This document shows positions 40,238-52,837 of a DNA stretch of 64,000 nt, piece after piece (position 1 is the stretch's first letter; the number at the start of each line of letters is the position of its first letter). This stretch comes from Camelus dromedarius (taxonomy: Eukaryota), in NCBI RefSeq assembly GCF_036321535.1, contig NC_087437.1, positions 84,198,001 to 84,262,000 of the forward strand, read 5' to 3'. Made by a program: the position numbers and the translations under genes. The notes under the pieces are model-generated. The model ran no database searches and was not told where the DNA came from. It saw only the letters and a list, made by a program, of their open reading frames with translations.

Positions 40238-40792
40238 GCTTTCTAACTTTATTTTCTGTATTTCATGACATTTTGCTGGTGACTTGTTGGCCTGGGGGAG
40301 ACTACCCCTCCCAGGGCTAGTCAATTCTTAGAGATAGCAAAAGGCTCTAGGCCTAGAGCGGATCTTTCATATGCAAACCAACCAAACCTGAGTCTACAGG
40401 CCCAACTACTTCCTTATCTAACTCACACACCAAGTCAGTATTTCTTCTGCCCTAAATCATCCCAAGGCCAGGTACCAACTAGAGACTACTCCTATAGCCC
40501 CAAACCTGCAGGAATCATGCAAATGAGGCAATCCAAAACTGTTTACTCTGCCCTGCCTTGCATTTCCCACAGAAACTCCAATTAAGACTCTGGCTGAGTC
40601 TTTCCCCTCACTCCTGTCTTCTGTCACTTGACCAAAACTCACTGCTTCCCTGTGGCCCTGCATGGCATCAATGATCTCCTTCCTGGAACCTGTGAGTATA
40701 ACAGACTTCTCCCTTCAGACTGTAATTCTTGTTTCCTCCTGTGGCCACGTTGACGTTACCATACCATTATCAACATTTACATTCTTAGAACA
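40238..40792 (+). mobile_element. Solo ERVL LTR, MER73/MER74/MER54 class
   Basis: cccctcccagggctagtcaattcttagagatagcaaa...tttcatatgcaaaccaacc...aatcatcccaaggccaggtacc...cttagaaca. Candidate 5-bp TSD AACAG at 40233-40237 and 40793-40797. Confidence 0.8.
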
Positions 40793-41054
40793 AACAGCTA
40801 TATGGTTCATGAGCTAATTCTCCTGGCAACTCTTTGGAAGGCAGCTGACTCTGGCTTAATCAAAAGTTTTCATTGAGCAAGACATTCCAAGCGACAAAGC
40901 TTTTCTGTTCATCCCATGTAATTCGTATATCCTCTCCTTGATCCAAAGAAAAGGACTCATAAAATGACTATTAGCCAGAGGAAGCTCTCTGTTCTACTTA
41001 TCCAGCCATAAAAGCAAATACAGTTTGCAAGATAGTCTACCCTGCAGAAGCATG

Positions 41055-41423
41055 TATTAAAGTAATTAAACAAGGGAGCTATTAGACTGAAGTGGCTCCA
41101 ATGCCTTGGCAGCCGATGTAAGCAAACTCAAACCTAAGCTACAATAAATTCCTATAAATGCTCCAAGGTTAGGAAATCAAAACCCCAAAACAATCAATCA
41201 CAAATAGCCAACTAGCCTTTTCCAAATGAGGTAACCACTTAAGTCATAGCCAATCAAATAATTTCCTTGCTTTGCTTCCATGTCTGCCGTATAAAATACT
41301 TTCCCCTAGCTCCCGTTGGCAAAGCAACCCTACCACTTTTAGTTTGATGCTGCCTGATTCAAACTGATGTTAGCTCAAATAAACTCTTAGAAATTTTAAT
41401 ATGCCTCAGTTTATCTTTTAACA
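41055..41423 (+). mobile_element. Solo ERV1 LTR, MER57-like
   Basis: tattaaagtaattaaacaagggagctattagactgaagtggctcc...gtaagcaaactcaaacc...agccaatcaaata...tataaaa...aataaactc...ttatcttttaaca. Flanks CATG/CAGG (3/4 TSD). Confidence 0.7.
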
Positions 41424-42598
41424 CAGGTATATGTTGAGTTTTGCTTTACTGAGCTTTTTTCTATATTATATAGCAGCGAATTATTTCATATATTGACATT
41501 TTAAGTCTTGTATGAAAGTATTAAAAAATTAAAAAACAGTATTAGATGGGGGAGTTGGAATATTTCAAGTTCAGTTTCTATTTTGTAAAAGCAAGTAGCT
41601 GATCAAATTGACCAACTTAACAGCAGACCCAATGACAGGTTTGATTAGTTCATCATACAATTTCTGTGGTTACAAGATTTATGTACATATTTATGTATGT
41701 ATTTCAAACCAAAGAGTAAGTTATATGTGTGACTGTCTTAAATAGAGGCAGGAAGTTTTAGCCACTGGAAAACACTTGGTATTAGGCTCAGGTTGCCAAA
41801 AATTTAGCACATATAAGTGCTGTATATCACCTAAGAGTATTTCTTCATTGATGGATCTCTTCGGCAGTCCCATTTAAAATGAATCTTTGTTAGAAGTGAT
41901 AGGAAATGTAAAGAGCTATGAACAGTACTTAATCCATTTGTGCCTGAGGGTTCTCTAAAAACCCGTCTCCACCTATACAGAGTGAATTTTTGTTTCCAAA
42001 GCAAGCTAAATAAACTAGGTCAAAAGCTAGATTCCTTTTGGGCATAGAAAGTAAGAACAAGGAAATTAATTCCTAAAGCAACTGGCAGTCATTGTGGAAT
42101 CAGATTGCTTTCTTTTCTCGGAGAACAAAATAAAGCAATCAAATAGCCTTTCTAAGCAAGAATATTCAGGTAATTTGCTGGTAAACTGACCTAAACATTG
42201 AAAGGTCTAACATGAACCTCTCAAATTTATACCTTCTTTCCTCTGAAAATCCTTAGAATTCAACAGGAATATAAACATTTATTTCAAAAATAAACTTTGA
42301 AATTTTATAATAAAAGCTGATTATCTATTTCTCAGCATAGAGAAGGCTGTTGGAAAAAATAATTGTATTTTTAAATAACAGTGATAAGTCCTGAAACTTA
42401 CTCAAAGTCCATAGCTCAAGAAAATTTGTAACCAAGGAAAAGAGCATTTACTTTCATATTAACATGGTTACCTCCATATATCCAAACAGAAAAGAGAGGG
42501 GGAAAAAATCATACCCTAGATATCTCAGAACCCTAAACAACTGCAAGGCTGGTCTGATTTAAGGAAAAAAAATAAAAAATAATTAAAAAACAATGTTA

Positions 42599-43369
42599 TT
42601 TTGTTACTAAATTGTATGAGCTATTTATAAATTCTAGAAATTAAGCCCTTGTCAGTTGCATCATTTGCAAATATTTTCTCCCATTCCATAGGTTGTCTTT
42701 TTGTTTTGCTTATGGTTTCCCTTGCTGTGCAAAACTTGTAAGTTTAATTAGGTCCCATTTGTTTATTTTTGCTTTTATTTCCACTGCCTAGGTAGGCTGC
42801 CTAGGAGAATACTGCCAAGATTTATGTCAGAAAATGTTTTAACTATGTTTTCTTCTAGGAGATTTATAGTGTCTTGTATTACGCATAAGTATTTAAGCCA
42901 TTAATATAGTGGAATACTACTCGGCCATAAAAAAGAATAAAATAATGACATTTGTAGCAACATAAATGGACCTGGAGATTGTCATTCAAAATGAAGTAAG
43001 GAAAATACCATAAGATATCACTCATATGTGGAATTAAAAAAAAAGACACAGATGAACTTATAAAACAGAAATAGGCTCACAGACAAACTTATGGTTACCG
43101 GGGTAAAAGGGGTGGGAAGGAATAAATTGGGAGCTTGAGATTTGCAAATAATAACTACTATATGTAAAATAAACAAGTTTCTACTGTATAGCACAGGGGA
43201 CTAACTGTATTCAGTATCTTGTAGTAACTTACAATGAAAAGTATATGAAAATGAATATATGTATGTGTATGTATGACTGAAACATTATGCTGCACACCAG
43301 AAACTGACACAACATTGTAAAATGACTATACTTCAACAACACCAAAAATAATTAAAAAAAAAAAAACAA
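42599..43369 (+). mobile_element. L1 insertion with 5' inversion: antisense ORF2 piece (~42599-42902) joined to sense ORF2 end, 3' UTR and A tail
   Basis: Strand switch at ~42902 (atttaagccatt|aatatagtggaatactactcggccataaaaaag). Candidate TSD aaaaacaatgtta (42586-42598) / aaaaatagtgtta (43370-43382). Confidence 0.8.
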
Positions 43370-45614
43370 AAAAATAGTGTTAAATATGCTGATAATAGAG
43401 ACTAGGGAAGGAAGCATTGTAAAAAAAGAGACACAGAAAAATATTCTGGTTTTTACCTTTATCTGTGCTTCCTAATGAGTAAGTACTTATTTATATGTGT
43501 GTAATATCACTTTCCTTTCTTTGCTTTTCTCTGTCTGCCTTTTTAAAAACCACATGCATTCTAATATTAAAATTAGTAAGTCTAAAACTTATTTCTGCCT
43601 TCATTTGTAACAGGTCCTAGCTATAGGCTAAAAAGGAGATAACTATGCGGTAAAAATATTTTTTTTTACTTTTATTTCTTTAAAATGTAATTATGATAAA
43701 TATACAAAGGGAAATATGAAAAGGAAATAGAATATATCAAAAGATAATTTCAAAGATATTGAATCCAAAAGACCAAGTGACTTAAAACTAGCTAGCATTA
43801 CTACTGGTAGATGACAAATTAATAAAAACAATGAAATAGCTTATCATTATTCAGATTTTTTTCCAAAAGTAAAAGATAATCTAAAGGTAGATTTAAATGA
43901 AACAAAGAAACAACAACAAAATCATGATAAATCTATAATTCCAAGTTAGGTTCCCTGTGTAACTTGTTTCCAAGGGTTTTGTGGTATGTCGTTGTAACTA
44001 ATTATTCCTGAAGATTAAACTAGATTAAAATGAGAAAGGGAGCAAGGCAGGGGAAGAAAATCTTCAACTTCATTCTAAGAATAATAAAAATAGAAGAGGT
44101 GAGAATGAAAAGAAGTCTTCATTTGGTAAAATGGCATATATTTGATTTGTTCTAAACATTCTAACTTTTACCTTGCATAATCCAAATAAACTAAAGTGGT
44201 TGAATGTACATAGGCATCTCATTATGTAACCTGTAGTGGTTTAATTTTTAAATCATAAGCATCTAATATTCTCAACCAAAGAAAAGCTTGTTAAAGGGAC
44301 CTTCTTATTCTAAAGTGATATTTTCCTCAGAACCACTTAAAACATTCACTTTGAGTCAATATACTGACGTAAACTTAGAAAATTAGTGCCCTGAATTCTG
44401 CTGCTAGGCATGTAGTTAATAACATAAATCTGTTTTTGCAGCAGAAAAGTGAAGGCTCTGCATTTAAATAACTAGCTTCGGAGATAAAAACAAGAAGCAA
44501 AATGCATCATGTGCAGATACATTTCTGTTTCATTTTGGGCAAACATAAAACATTTTTATTAGCAGTACAAAGACATTTAATAAAAAAAATCAAGAACTCA
44601 ATGGCATATCTGGAAGACAATTATTGAGACTCAGTAAGTTTTATAAATAAATTTATAACTTTTGTTGCATTTGTCCTATTAACAGGACCAAAATATTATA
44701 GCAAGAAAGGTAATTTCCATTAAGAAGGAATGATTCTTCCCATAAAAAAACTGTCACATATTCATGAAGATTGAAAATTCTTAGACAGAATCCATCTTCT
44801 GAATGTCTGTAAGCTTTAATTGGCAAAAAAAGTAAAGATTTTCACTCAACCAATAAATAAGGTGCTGCAAACATCATGTTTGAATAGGATTTTTACAATA
44901 AAGATATGGAAAATATTCATCTAAATTGTTCTTTATTATGTTCAACAATACATGACTACCATGCTAGTTTCCACAGGACTTCACAAATATAGAAGGCATG
45001 TAAAAATAACCTTACAAACCATTTTTAATTTCATTCCTATATGGTAGAAATAATAAAGCATATTATCTGGGTTTTATGGATGAGGAAATTGACTTAGAGA
45101 AGGGAACAGATCAGAGTTTTCAAAGAAAACAGAAGAATCACTACCACGTGAATCTGGAGAGTCCTACTGACCCGTATGGAGGCTCTGAACTAAAATAAAT
45201 TTAAGTACAATGTAATCTCTATGAGGGCAGAGACTTTGTTTTGCTCATTATAGTATTCCTAGCACCAGGAGAATACAAAGCAAGATCACAGTAGGTTCTT
45301 AATATTTGCTTAATATAGAAACAGATGCTAGAAGGCTTGAATTCTAACTAAAACAATTCAGAAAACTTCCACTAATAAGAGACTACTATTTCTTCTATTC
45401 AGATTCTAAATATCACACATTATTGAGAGATATAAACTTTCAGCTCCCTCTTAAACTTATCAACCAATTTTAGAGCTTTCATAATGACTTAGCTGCACAG
45501 AGAAATACCAGAGGAATTAACTGAAGCCTGCAAACACCAGTTGATTCAGTCAGCATTATGCTAGTGCACAAGATTTTAAGTTAGGATAAAGATTCAGGCT
45601 TAGAACTGAAAGGT

Positions 45615-45616
<2 letters not shown>

Positions 45617-45692
<76 letters not shown>
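45617..45692. repeat. (TG)38 uninterrupted microsatellite
   Basis: 76 bp of perfect TG alternation. Confidence 0.97.
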
Positions 45693-45698
<6 letters not shown>

Positions 45699-47410
45699 AG
45701 ATGGAGGGAGGAGAAAGAGAAAAATGCTATCAAGAATACATGTCTGCATCAGGTGAGAGAATGAATAAGTGACATTACATCCAAGCAGCTTAGAATATTC
45801 TTTAATAGAGTACTTCAATATAAAAATGACTATTTATTGATCCAGTTAGATTATCTGTCTTTGCTCTAATTACTAATAAAGTCTACAACCCTGACTCTGA
45901 TTAACTTTCTATTTTAACTAGAAGTTATAATATTTAAGTATATTATATTATGAATTGGTAATTCTTACAAACATAATGTATGAAATAAATGAATATTTAA
46001 ACCATACATGTTAATTCAAGTGGGGAGAGGAAATCCCTAGGAGTGTGAGGCTCTGTACACATTGCAGAACAAAATGATTAATGAAGAAGAAAGTATTTAA
46101 CCGTATCAATCATCAAATGCTGCTGAAAGGTCCAGTAAAATAAAGACAATCCAATATTTACTGGTTTGGTAAGAGAAGTTATGGCAACTATGATCAATAA
46201 AACAAGGTTTGGTGGAGTGCTAATGTGGACAGAAGCACAATCTTCACAAAGAAATCCGAAAAGATTTGCTTTTTAACTATAAACTTGAAGAGATTCTTTC
46301 AAGGTAAGAAGATGATTCTATACATACTTCTCCGTTCATGTTCTGGCCCATTAACGTTGTTTAGCACTTTGAAAGGATACCTACTTTGACTTTGTTTTTC
46401 AAAATATATTAGACCTTCACAATTTAATTAAAATTTTAACTCTACCCAGGCCTACAGTTCCATAGGAATGGTCCCTGGTAGGTCAAAGTTTGCTTGACAT
46501 CCGAATCCTACAAGTGAAACTGTATCTAATGATCACCTGTCACTCCAACAGCTTCAAGCTGAGATTTGTCTACCTTAATTGACTTAAAGATATAAATTAC
46601 ATGTGCCATAAATGAATGTCTGATTTGCATAAAATCATGATAGGTTATAATAGTTTTCTGTGGCATATCTGTATTTAAAGAACCTTAAACACAGCATGTA
46701 ACTGCATATATACAGTGGGAAAACTATAAAAGCATAGGTACTATTCTTTTTAAGTAACTCTGTGGCACTGATTTCCAATTAATTATTTTAGAATATCAAA
46801 TTGTACTAGAGGGAAGTTTTATACTGCTGACCTAAGTTAGGAATTTTTCCCCTACACCCCATTTTTAATCTCACAAATTATTAATTACCTAGAGTTATAT
46901 TTTAGATGTATTCTTTCTGTAAGACTGTTTAAAAGAACTGCATGGTTTTAAATAGGATCTGACACAATCATCAGTGTGCAATAAGCCAGACAGTGTAATA
47001 AACTTACCCTATTTCAAATAATCTTTAGAAAAAGTTTCATTAATTTTTCTTAGGAGAAAAAAAGGGCAAAATTATATTTGAAGCCAGCCAAATAACAATA
47101 CTTAACACTATTCACCTTGCAAACTTCAAAGAAAATAACCTATCCCTGGATATTACATATTATATTCCATAGAATAATAAACTAAAATTGTTGTTAGCAT
47201 AGTAATAAAAAAAACTTTATTATACATCACAAAGAGTCTTAAGGTTATCTTGGGAACATAATTCTTTTAGCTCTGAAATATATGATATAGAACCAATGAT
47301 CTTAGGTACTTTTGCACTTAGGTGCTTTGTAGCAGACAAAAATAACTGGGTGGATGTTAAATATAATGCACACTTCTGATTAATTGACTATTAATTAAGA
47401 GACGGAAGAA

Positions 47411-47738
47411 AAAGACAAATGAGCACAGATACAAAACAGAAACAGACTCATAGACATAGAATACAAACTTGTGGTTTCCAGTGGGGAGAAGGGTGGGAAG
47501 GGACAGACTGGGGGTTCAAAATTTGTAGGTACTGACAGGTATATATAGAATAGGTCAACAAGATTATACTGTATAGCACAGGGAAATATATATAAGATCT
47601 TGTGGTAGCACATGGTGAAAAAGAATGTGACAATGAATATATGTATGTTTATGTGTAACTGAAAAATTGTGCTCTACACTGGAAATTGACACAACAGTGT
47701 AAACTGACTATAACTCAATAAAATAAAATTTTTAAAAA
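47411..47738 (+). mobile_element. Young lineage-specific L1 3' UTR fragment
   Basis: Same family as 27285 and 49614. 14-bp TSD aagagac(g/a)gaagaa at 47397-47410 and 47739-47752, preceded by TT (TT|AAGA endonuclease site). AATAAA plus A-rich tail. Confidence 0.93.
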
Positions 47739-48547
47739 AAGAGACAGAAGAACATGAAAGTGTTATCAATACACACTATTAAAATACATTATATATGATA
47801 TATTCTCAAAGTACATGAAAAATATCTTACTTCTCTTCACATATATTTGGTTATGGTTACATTACATTTTCTATGAAAATTTACAATTCATAAATCCAAT
47901 AAGCAAAACATCATACATTTCCTAAGTAGCTCAAAATTAAAAGGACATGGAATTAAGTACTACATATGCTCAAAAAGATATGGTTCCCACAGTTAAGTGG
48001 CTTATATTCAAAATCAGAATCATCTCTAACATATACTTAAAAGATCTAACATATACTAAAAATAGTTCATATTTAGAGCAATAATTTAAGCAAAATGCAA
48101 CTGTTTATAAGTTAATAGAAAAAAATCAATGAATATAAATGTCTGAGAAAGTAGAAATACAATAAAGTAATATATAGAAAAAAATTTCAGAAAAAAAAAA
48201 AAGTCGTAAGGGGAGTGAGAAGACAAATTGTAAACCAGCATATAATTAGGAGGTGTTAAATATCTCTTGACAGAAGTCAAAATATTCATGTCAGTTATCA
48301 AACAATAATTGTTAAATATCCACTTTTAAAAGGACTCAAAGATTTTATAATAAACAAAATGCAACTGTACTGCACAATAGAATCCCACACATAGCTGTGG
48401 ATTCACTCTCCTCATTCCAAATTTTCTTCAAACATATCAGATTCATCTCTTTTACTATTCAGTGTTCAGCCCCACTGTCTCCTGTTTCCAAATTAATACA
48501 AAAATATATCAAAGTGCTTGGCAAGACAAAGGATCTTCCAATAATTA

Positions 48548-48581
48548 ACACACACACACACACACACAACCACCACACACA
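48548..48581. repeat. Interrupted (CA)n microsatellite
   Basis: Seen directly. Confidence 0.85.
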
Positions 48582-49514
48582 AAAGAACAAGTGTTACACA
48601 ACTGCATATTGCTAATAAGGGTAACAACTAAAACAGAATAATCCAAAAGAGTTAAGAGTAAAAGGACTTCCTGGAAAAAATACTGGCATCGGATGCGTAC
48701 CAACCATGAAAAACTTGGCAATATTTTTGAGAATTCTAAGGTATTTAAGCTATGATTTAGTAATTCCACTTCCGGAAATCACAAGTTTTAAATAACAACT
48801 GTGGAATAGTTAAATGATAGAATGTCATTCATTCATTAAAATCCATTTTGTAAAGGACATTTAATGACTTAGAATAATGGCTTAATAGTATAGTAAGTGG
48901 AAAAATTGAAATATAAAAAATGAGTTAATGATATTTCCATTTTGAAAAACATTATTTAATAATAAAATATGTAATTTATTATCTAATAATTATATGTAAT
49001 TTATTATATAATATTATATAACCCATGTGTTATAACCATGTTATGTAATAACAATATTCACAGAGAAAGTATAGACACATCCACATAGAGCTGAAGAAAG
49101 AACTCTTAAAAAAATGGTTATTTCTCAAAGAAGGGATAATCAGTGAATTTTCTTGAAGATTTTTGAAGATTTCTTAAATAATTCTTTAAGGTTAGTAAAG
49201 TTTTCTATTTTCTCTCATTTTATGCTTATACGAGGGATAGGATATATATTCTATGTGTAAGCATAAATTCATTATTAAAAATATAGTTTCCAAGCACAAA
49301 AAACTGAAGTCTTTACTAAATAGTTCTAGAAAATTTACATACTTCTGATAATAAAAGTAAAACAACCTTATTTACTACAAAAAATTAATAAATTGCTCCC
49401 CCACAAAATGTAATAGCAATAGCACCACCACCAAAAATGTGGCTCACACCAACTTGGGAGCAGAAATGTGGACTTACACAAATTCAACCAAACTTTTAAG
49501 AAACAGTTAAAACT

Positions 49515-50728
49515 TATCTGAGCCATTATTAAATAACTGTCTCTCAGCTTCGTAGGTGTCCGTTATGTACTCTGCTTCATGGTGCTAGGACTGGACCCTA
49601 GAGCCACATTTTTTTTTTTACATTTTTTTATTGAGTTACAGTCATTTTACAATGTTGTGTCAAATTCCAGTGTAGAGCACAATTTTTCAGTTACACATGA
49701 ACATACATATATTCATTGTCACATTTTTTTCACTGTGATCTACCATAAAATCTTGTATATATTTCCATGTATACAGTATAATCTTGTTTATCTATTCTGC
49801 ATATGCCTGTCAGTATCTACAAATTTTGAACTCCCAGTCTGTCCCTTCCCACCCCCTGCCCCCTTGGCAACCACAAGTTTGTATTCTATATCTATGAGTC
49901 TGTCTCTGTTTTGTATTTATGTTCTTTTTTTTTTCATATTTCACAGAACTAGAACAAATCATAATAAAATTTATATGGAACCATCAAAGACCTAGAATTG
50001 CCAAAGCATTACTGAAGAAAAAGAAAGAGGCTGGAGGAGTAACTCTCCCAGACTTCAGACAATACTGTAGAGCTACAGTCATCAAGACAGCATGGTATTG
50101 GTACAAAAACAGACATATGGGCCAGTGGAACAGAATAGAGAGCCCAGAAATGAACCCACAAACTTTTGGTCAACTAATCTTCGAAACAGGAGGCAAGAAT
50201 ATACAATGGAATAAAGACAGTCTCTTCAGCAAATGGTGTTGGGAAAACTGGACAGCAGCATGTAAATCAATGAAGCTAGAACACTCCCTTACACCATACA
50301 CAAAAATCAACTCAAAATGGATCAAAGACTTAAACATAAGACAAGATACAATAAACCTAGAAGAAAATATAGGCAAAATATTATCTCACTTACATCTTAA
50401 AAATGTTCTCCTAGGGCAGTCTACCCAAGCAACAGAAGTAAAAACAAGAATAAACAAATGGGACCTAATGAAACTTACTAGCTTCTGCACAGCAAAGGAA
50501 ACCATAAGTAAAACAAAACGACAACCTACGGAATGGGAGAAAATTTTTGCAAATGATGAAACCGACAAAGGCTTGATCTCCAGAATATATAAGCAGCTCA
50601 TACGACATAATAAGAAAGAAACAAACAACCTAATCCAAAAATGGGCAGAAGACCTAAACAAGCAATTCTCCAAGGAAGAAATGCAAACGTGAGCCACATT
50701 TTTGCTTTGCCAGCTGGCTCCCCGTAAG
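49515..50728 (+). mobile_element. ERVL LTR41-like 5' fragment split by the young L1 at 49614-50690
   Basis: Removing the L1 and one TSD gives agccattattaaataactgtctctcagct...tactctgcttcatggtgctaggactgg...ccacatttttgctttgccagctggctccc, matching the recalled LTR41 start. Confidence 0.6.
49614..50690 (-). mobile_element. Young L1 insertion with 5' inversion: 3' UTR on minus (49614-~49934), ORF2 C-terminal segment on plus (~49935-50690)
   Basis: Perfect TSD gagccacattttt at 49601-49613 and 50691-50703. ORF 49919..50692(+) translates as L1 ORF2p (FTELEQ...LPDFRQY...KTAWYW...QWNRIE...[11 protein letters not shown]...[16 protein letters not shown]). Confidence 0.95.
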
Positions 50729-50799
50729 TGTATCAAAAGAAATTCTGAACAACTGGAAGCACATTGTGACACTCTGGATGGGATACTGTAATACTGATG

Positions 50800-52200
50800 G
50801 GATACTTCCTATAAGTATGTCCATTTTACCCACATTTATCTATAATTTAAATCAATTCTAATATAAATACCAGCTCAATATTTTTAAGAAACTTAATAAA
50901 CTTATCCTAAAAAGTATAGGAAAAGATAACATTTCAAGAATAGGTAAATCATTTTTAAAAAGGTCCCAGAATGATGCCCTATTGATATTACAATATACTA
51001 TAATTCCACAGTAATAAAGTCTTGTACACTAGCACAAAAGAGGCAAATGGATCATAAAACAGAATACAGAGTTCAAAGATAGACCATGTTTATAGGAAAG
51101 TAAACATCAAATAATGAGTATATACAAAATCATACTGCAATTGATGGGCTGTTCAGTAGATAAACTGGCTCACTATATAAACGAAAACAAAACTGTATTT
51201 CTATATAATCCCTTATAAGAAGGTTGATCCCCAAAGGCAACTGACCTAAATGTGAAAGGTTAAACTATAAAGTTACTATATAGTGTAAACAAATATCTTT
51301 GTGATCTAGGACTGGGGGAAAACTTCTTGAACAATAAGATGAAATACAAAATATAAAGTGAAAAACTGATTAATTTGATAATATAAAAATAAGAATTTCT
51401 ACTCAACAAAGGAGACCATGAACAAAATTGACAGATGACAGATTTGGATATGGTTTTTACAGTGTTAATCACTATAAAGGAAAAAATATCTAGACTACAT
51501 GAAGAATTCTTACAAATTAGTAATAAAAAAAAAGCAACTCAAAAAAATACACAAGGATATAGGATAATACCAAGAAGAATATGAAAATATTCACAAACTC
51601 ATTAAAACTTAAAGAAACTGAAACAGCACTGGAATAAAATTTTAGACTCATTAAGATTGACAAATTGCAAAAACTTTATCTTCAAGTATTGCCAAGATAG
51701 AGGTAAGTACAACATTTTATTCATTGTTGATGAGAAAGCAGACACTTGCAGCTTATAGGGAGCAATCTTCTGGTACTTAAGTATGCATACACATTATGAC
51801 ATGCACATTTATACACACACTCACATATATATAAACCCTAGAGCAATACTCATCAGGCCTATAACTGGAAATGTATAAGTATCTCATCATAGCATGATTT
51901 ATGGTATCTGGAAGTTGGATGTAATCACTGCAGGTAAGTGAACTGTAGTGAAACCAAACAGCAAAATACTACCTTCTTAGCAGTCAGTACTGAAAGAGTA
52001 GATGAACTCTCAACAACAAATAAAGATTTTACAACATAGGGCTGATGAAAAAATAGTAAGGAACAAAATGAAATCTATGGTACAGTACCATTTATGAAAA
52101 CCAAAAATAACATCTGTAAGACAATTTACATTGTCTAAAAACATATAACAATGAAAGGTTTTCACCTCAAATTCAACAGAATAGTTGTCTATGGAAAAGA
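50800..52200 (+). mobile_element. Old L1M ORF2 3' part and 3' UTR, heavily degraded
   Basis: gaaacttaataaacttatcctaaaa, gacctaaatgtgaaaggttaaactataaag, aaatatctttgtgatctagg, and tacagtaccatttatgaaaa. Confidence 0.7.
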
Positions 52201-52837
52201 AGAGGAATGTGTATAGGGAGTAAGGTTAAATAAATAAAGCAAGAGAGGACCTCTATAGACTAATGATGATAATGTTGCATTGAACTAAGCAGCCAGAATT
52301 AAGAGGCAGCCATGATTGGTTCTTCCAGCCTCTAGAGGCACTTCTCTTCCAGAAAATGAAAAGATTAACTAGATTTCACTTCTTATACATGAATAAGCCC
52401 TCCTAGGAATTTGGAGACTGGGGAGAGAGCCACATGAAAAGTCTGATTCCTTCTAATCTTGGCAAACTGGGGAACAAGTCTGTAGTATCTTGGGGATATG
52501 TTGTTATTTGCCCAAAGCTAGAGGATTTCATATACTGATTACCACAGATGTTTTTCTCTTTATATAAACATGTGTAAGAGAGATCACAGTATAAACCACA
52601 GTATTTTTTCCCTACTATTTGATGTTTCGGCACATCTCTTCACTTCTGTTTAAAGAAGGGAGACAAGAGAGAGAACACTACTGCATGACAGATGATGAGT
52701 TTTCTGGAAATGAACTTAAATTGTCTCCAAGGTGGACACAGAAACACCTAAGCATGTCTGTCAGTCTGCTGCACAATACAGAAGTGTTTTCACTGGATCG
52801 CTGCAGTAAGTTGTGAATACTGGTAGAGAATATCTCC

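Noticed and set aside
49919..50692. 257-aa ORF as a host gene
   Set aside because: It is an L1 ORF2p fragment inside a TSD-bounded insertion, lacking the endonuclease and RT domains and any promoter.
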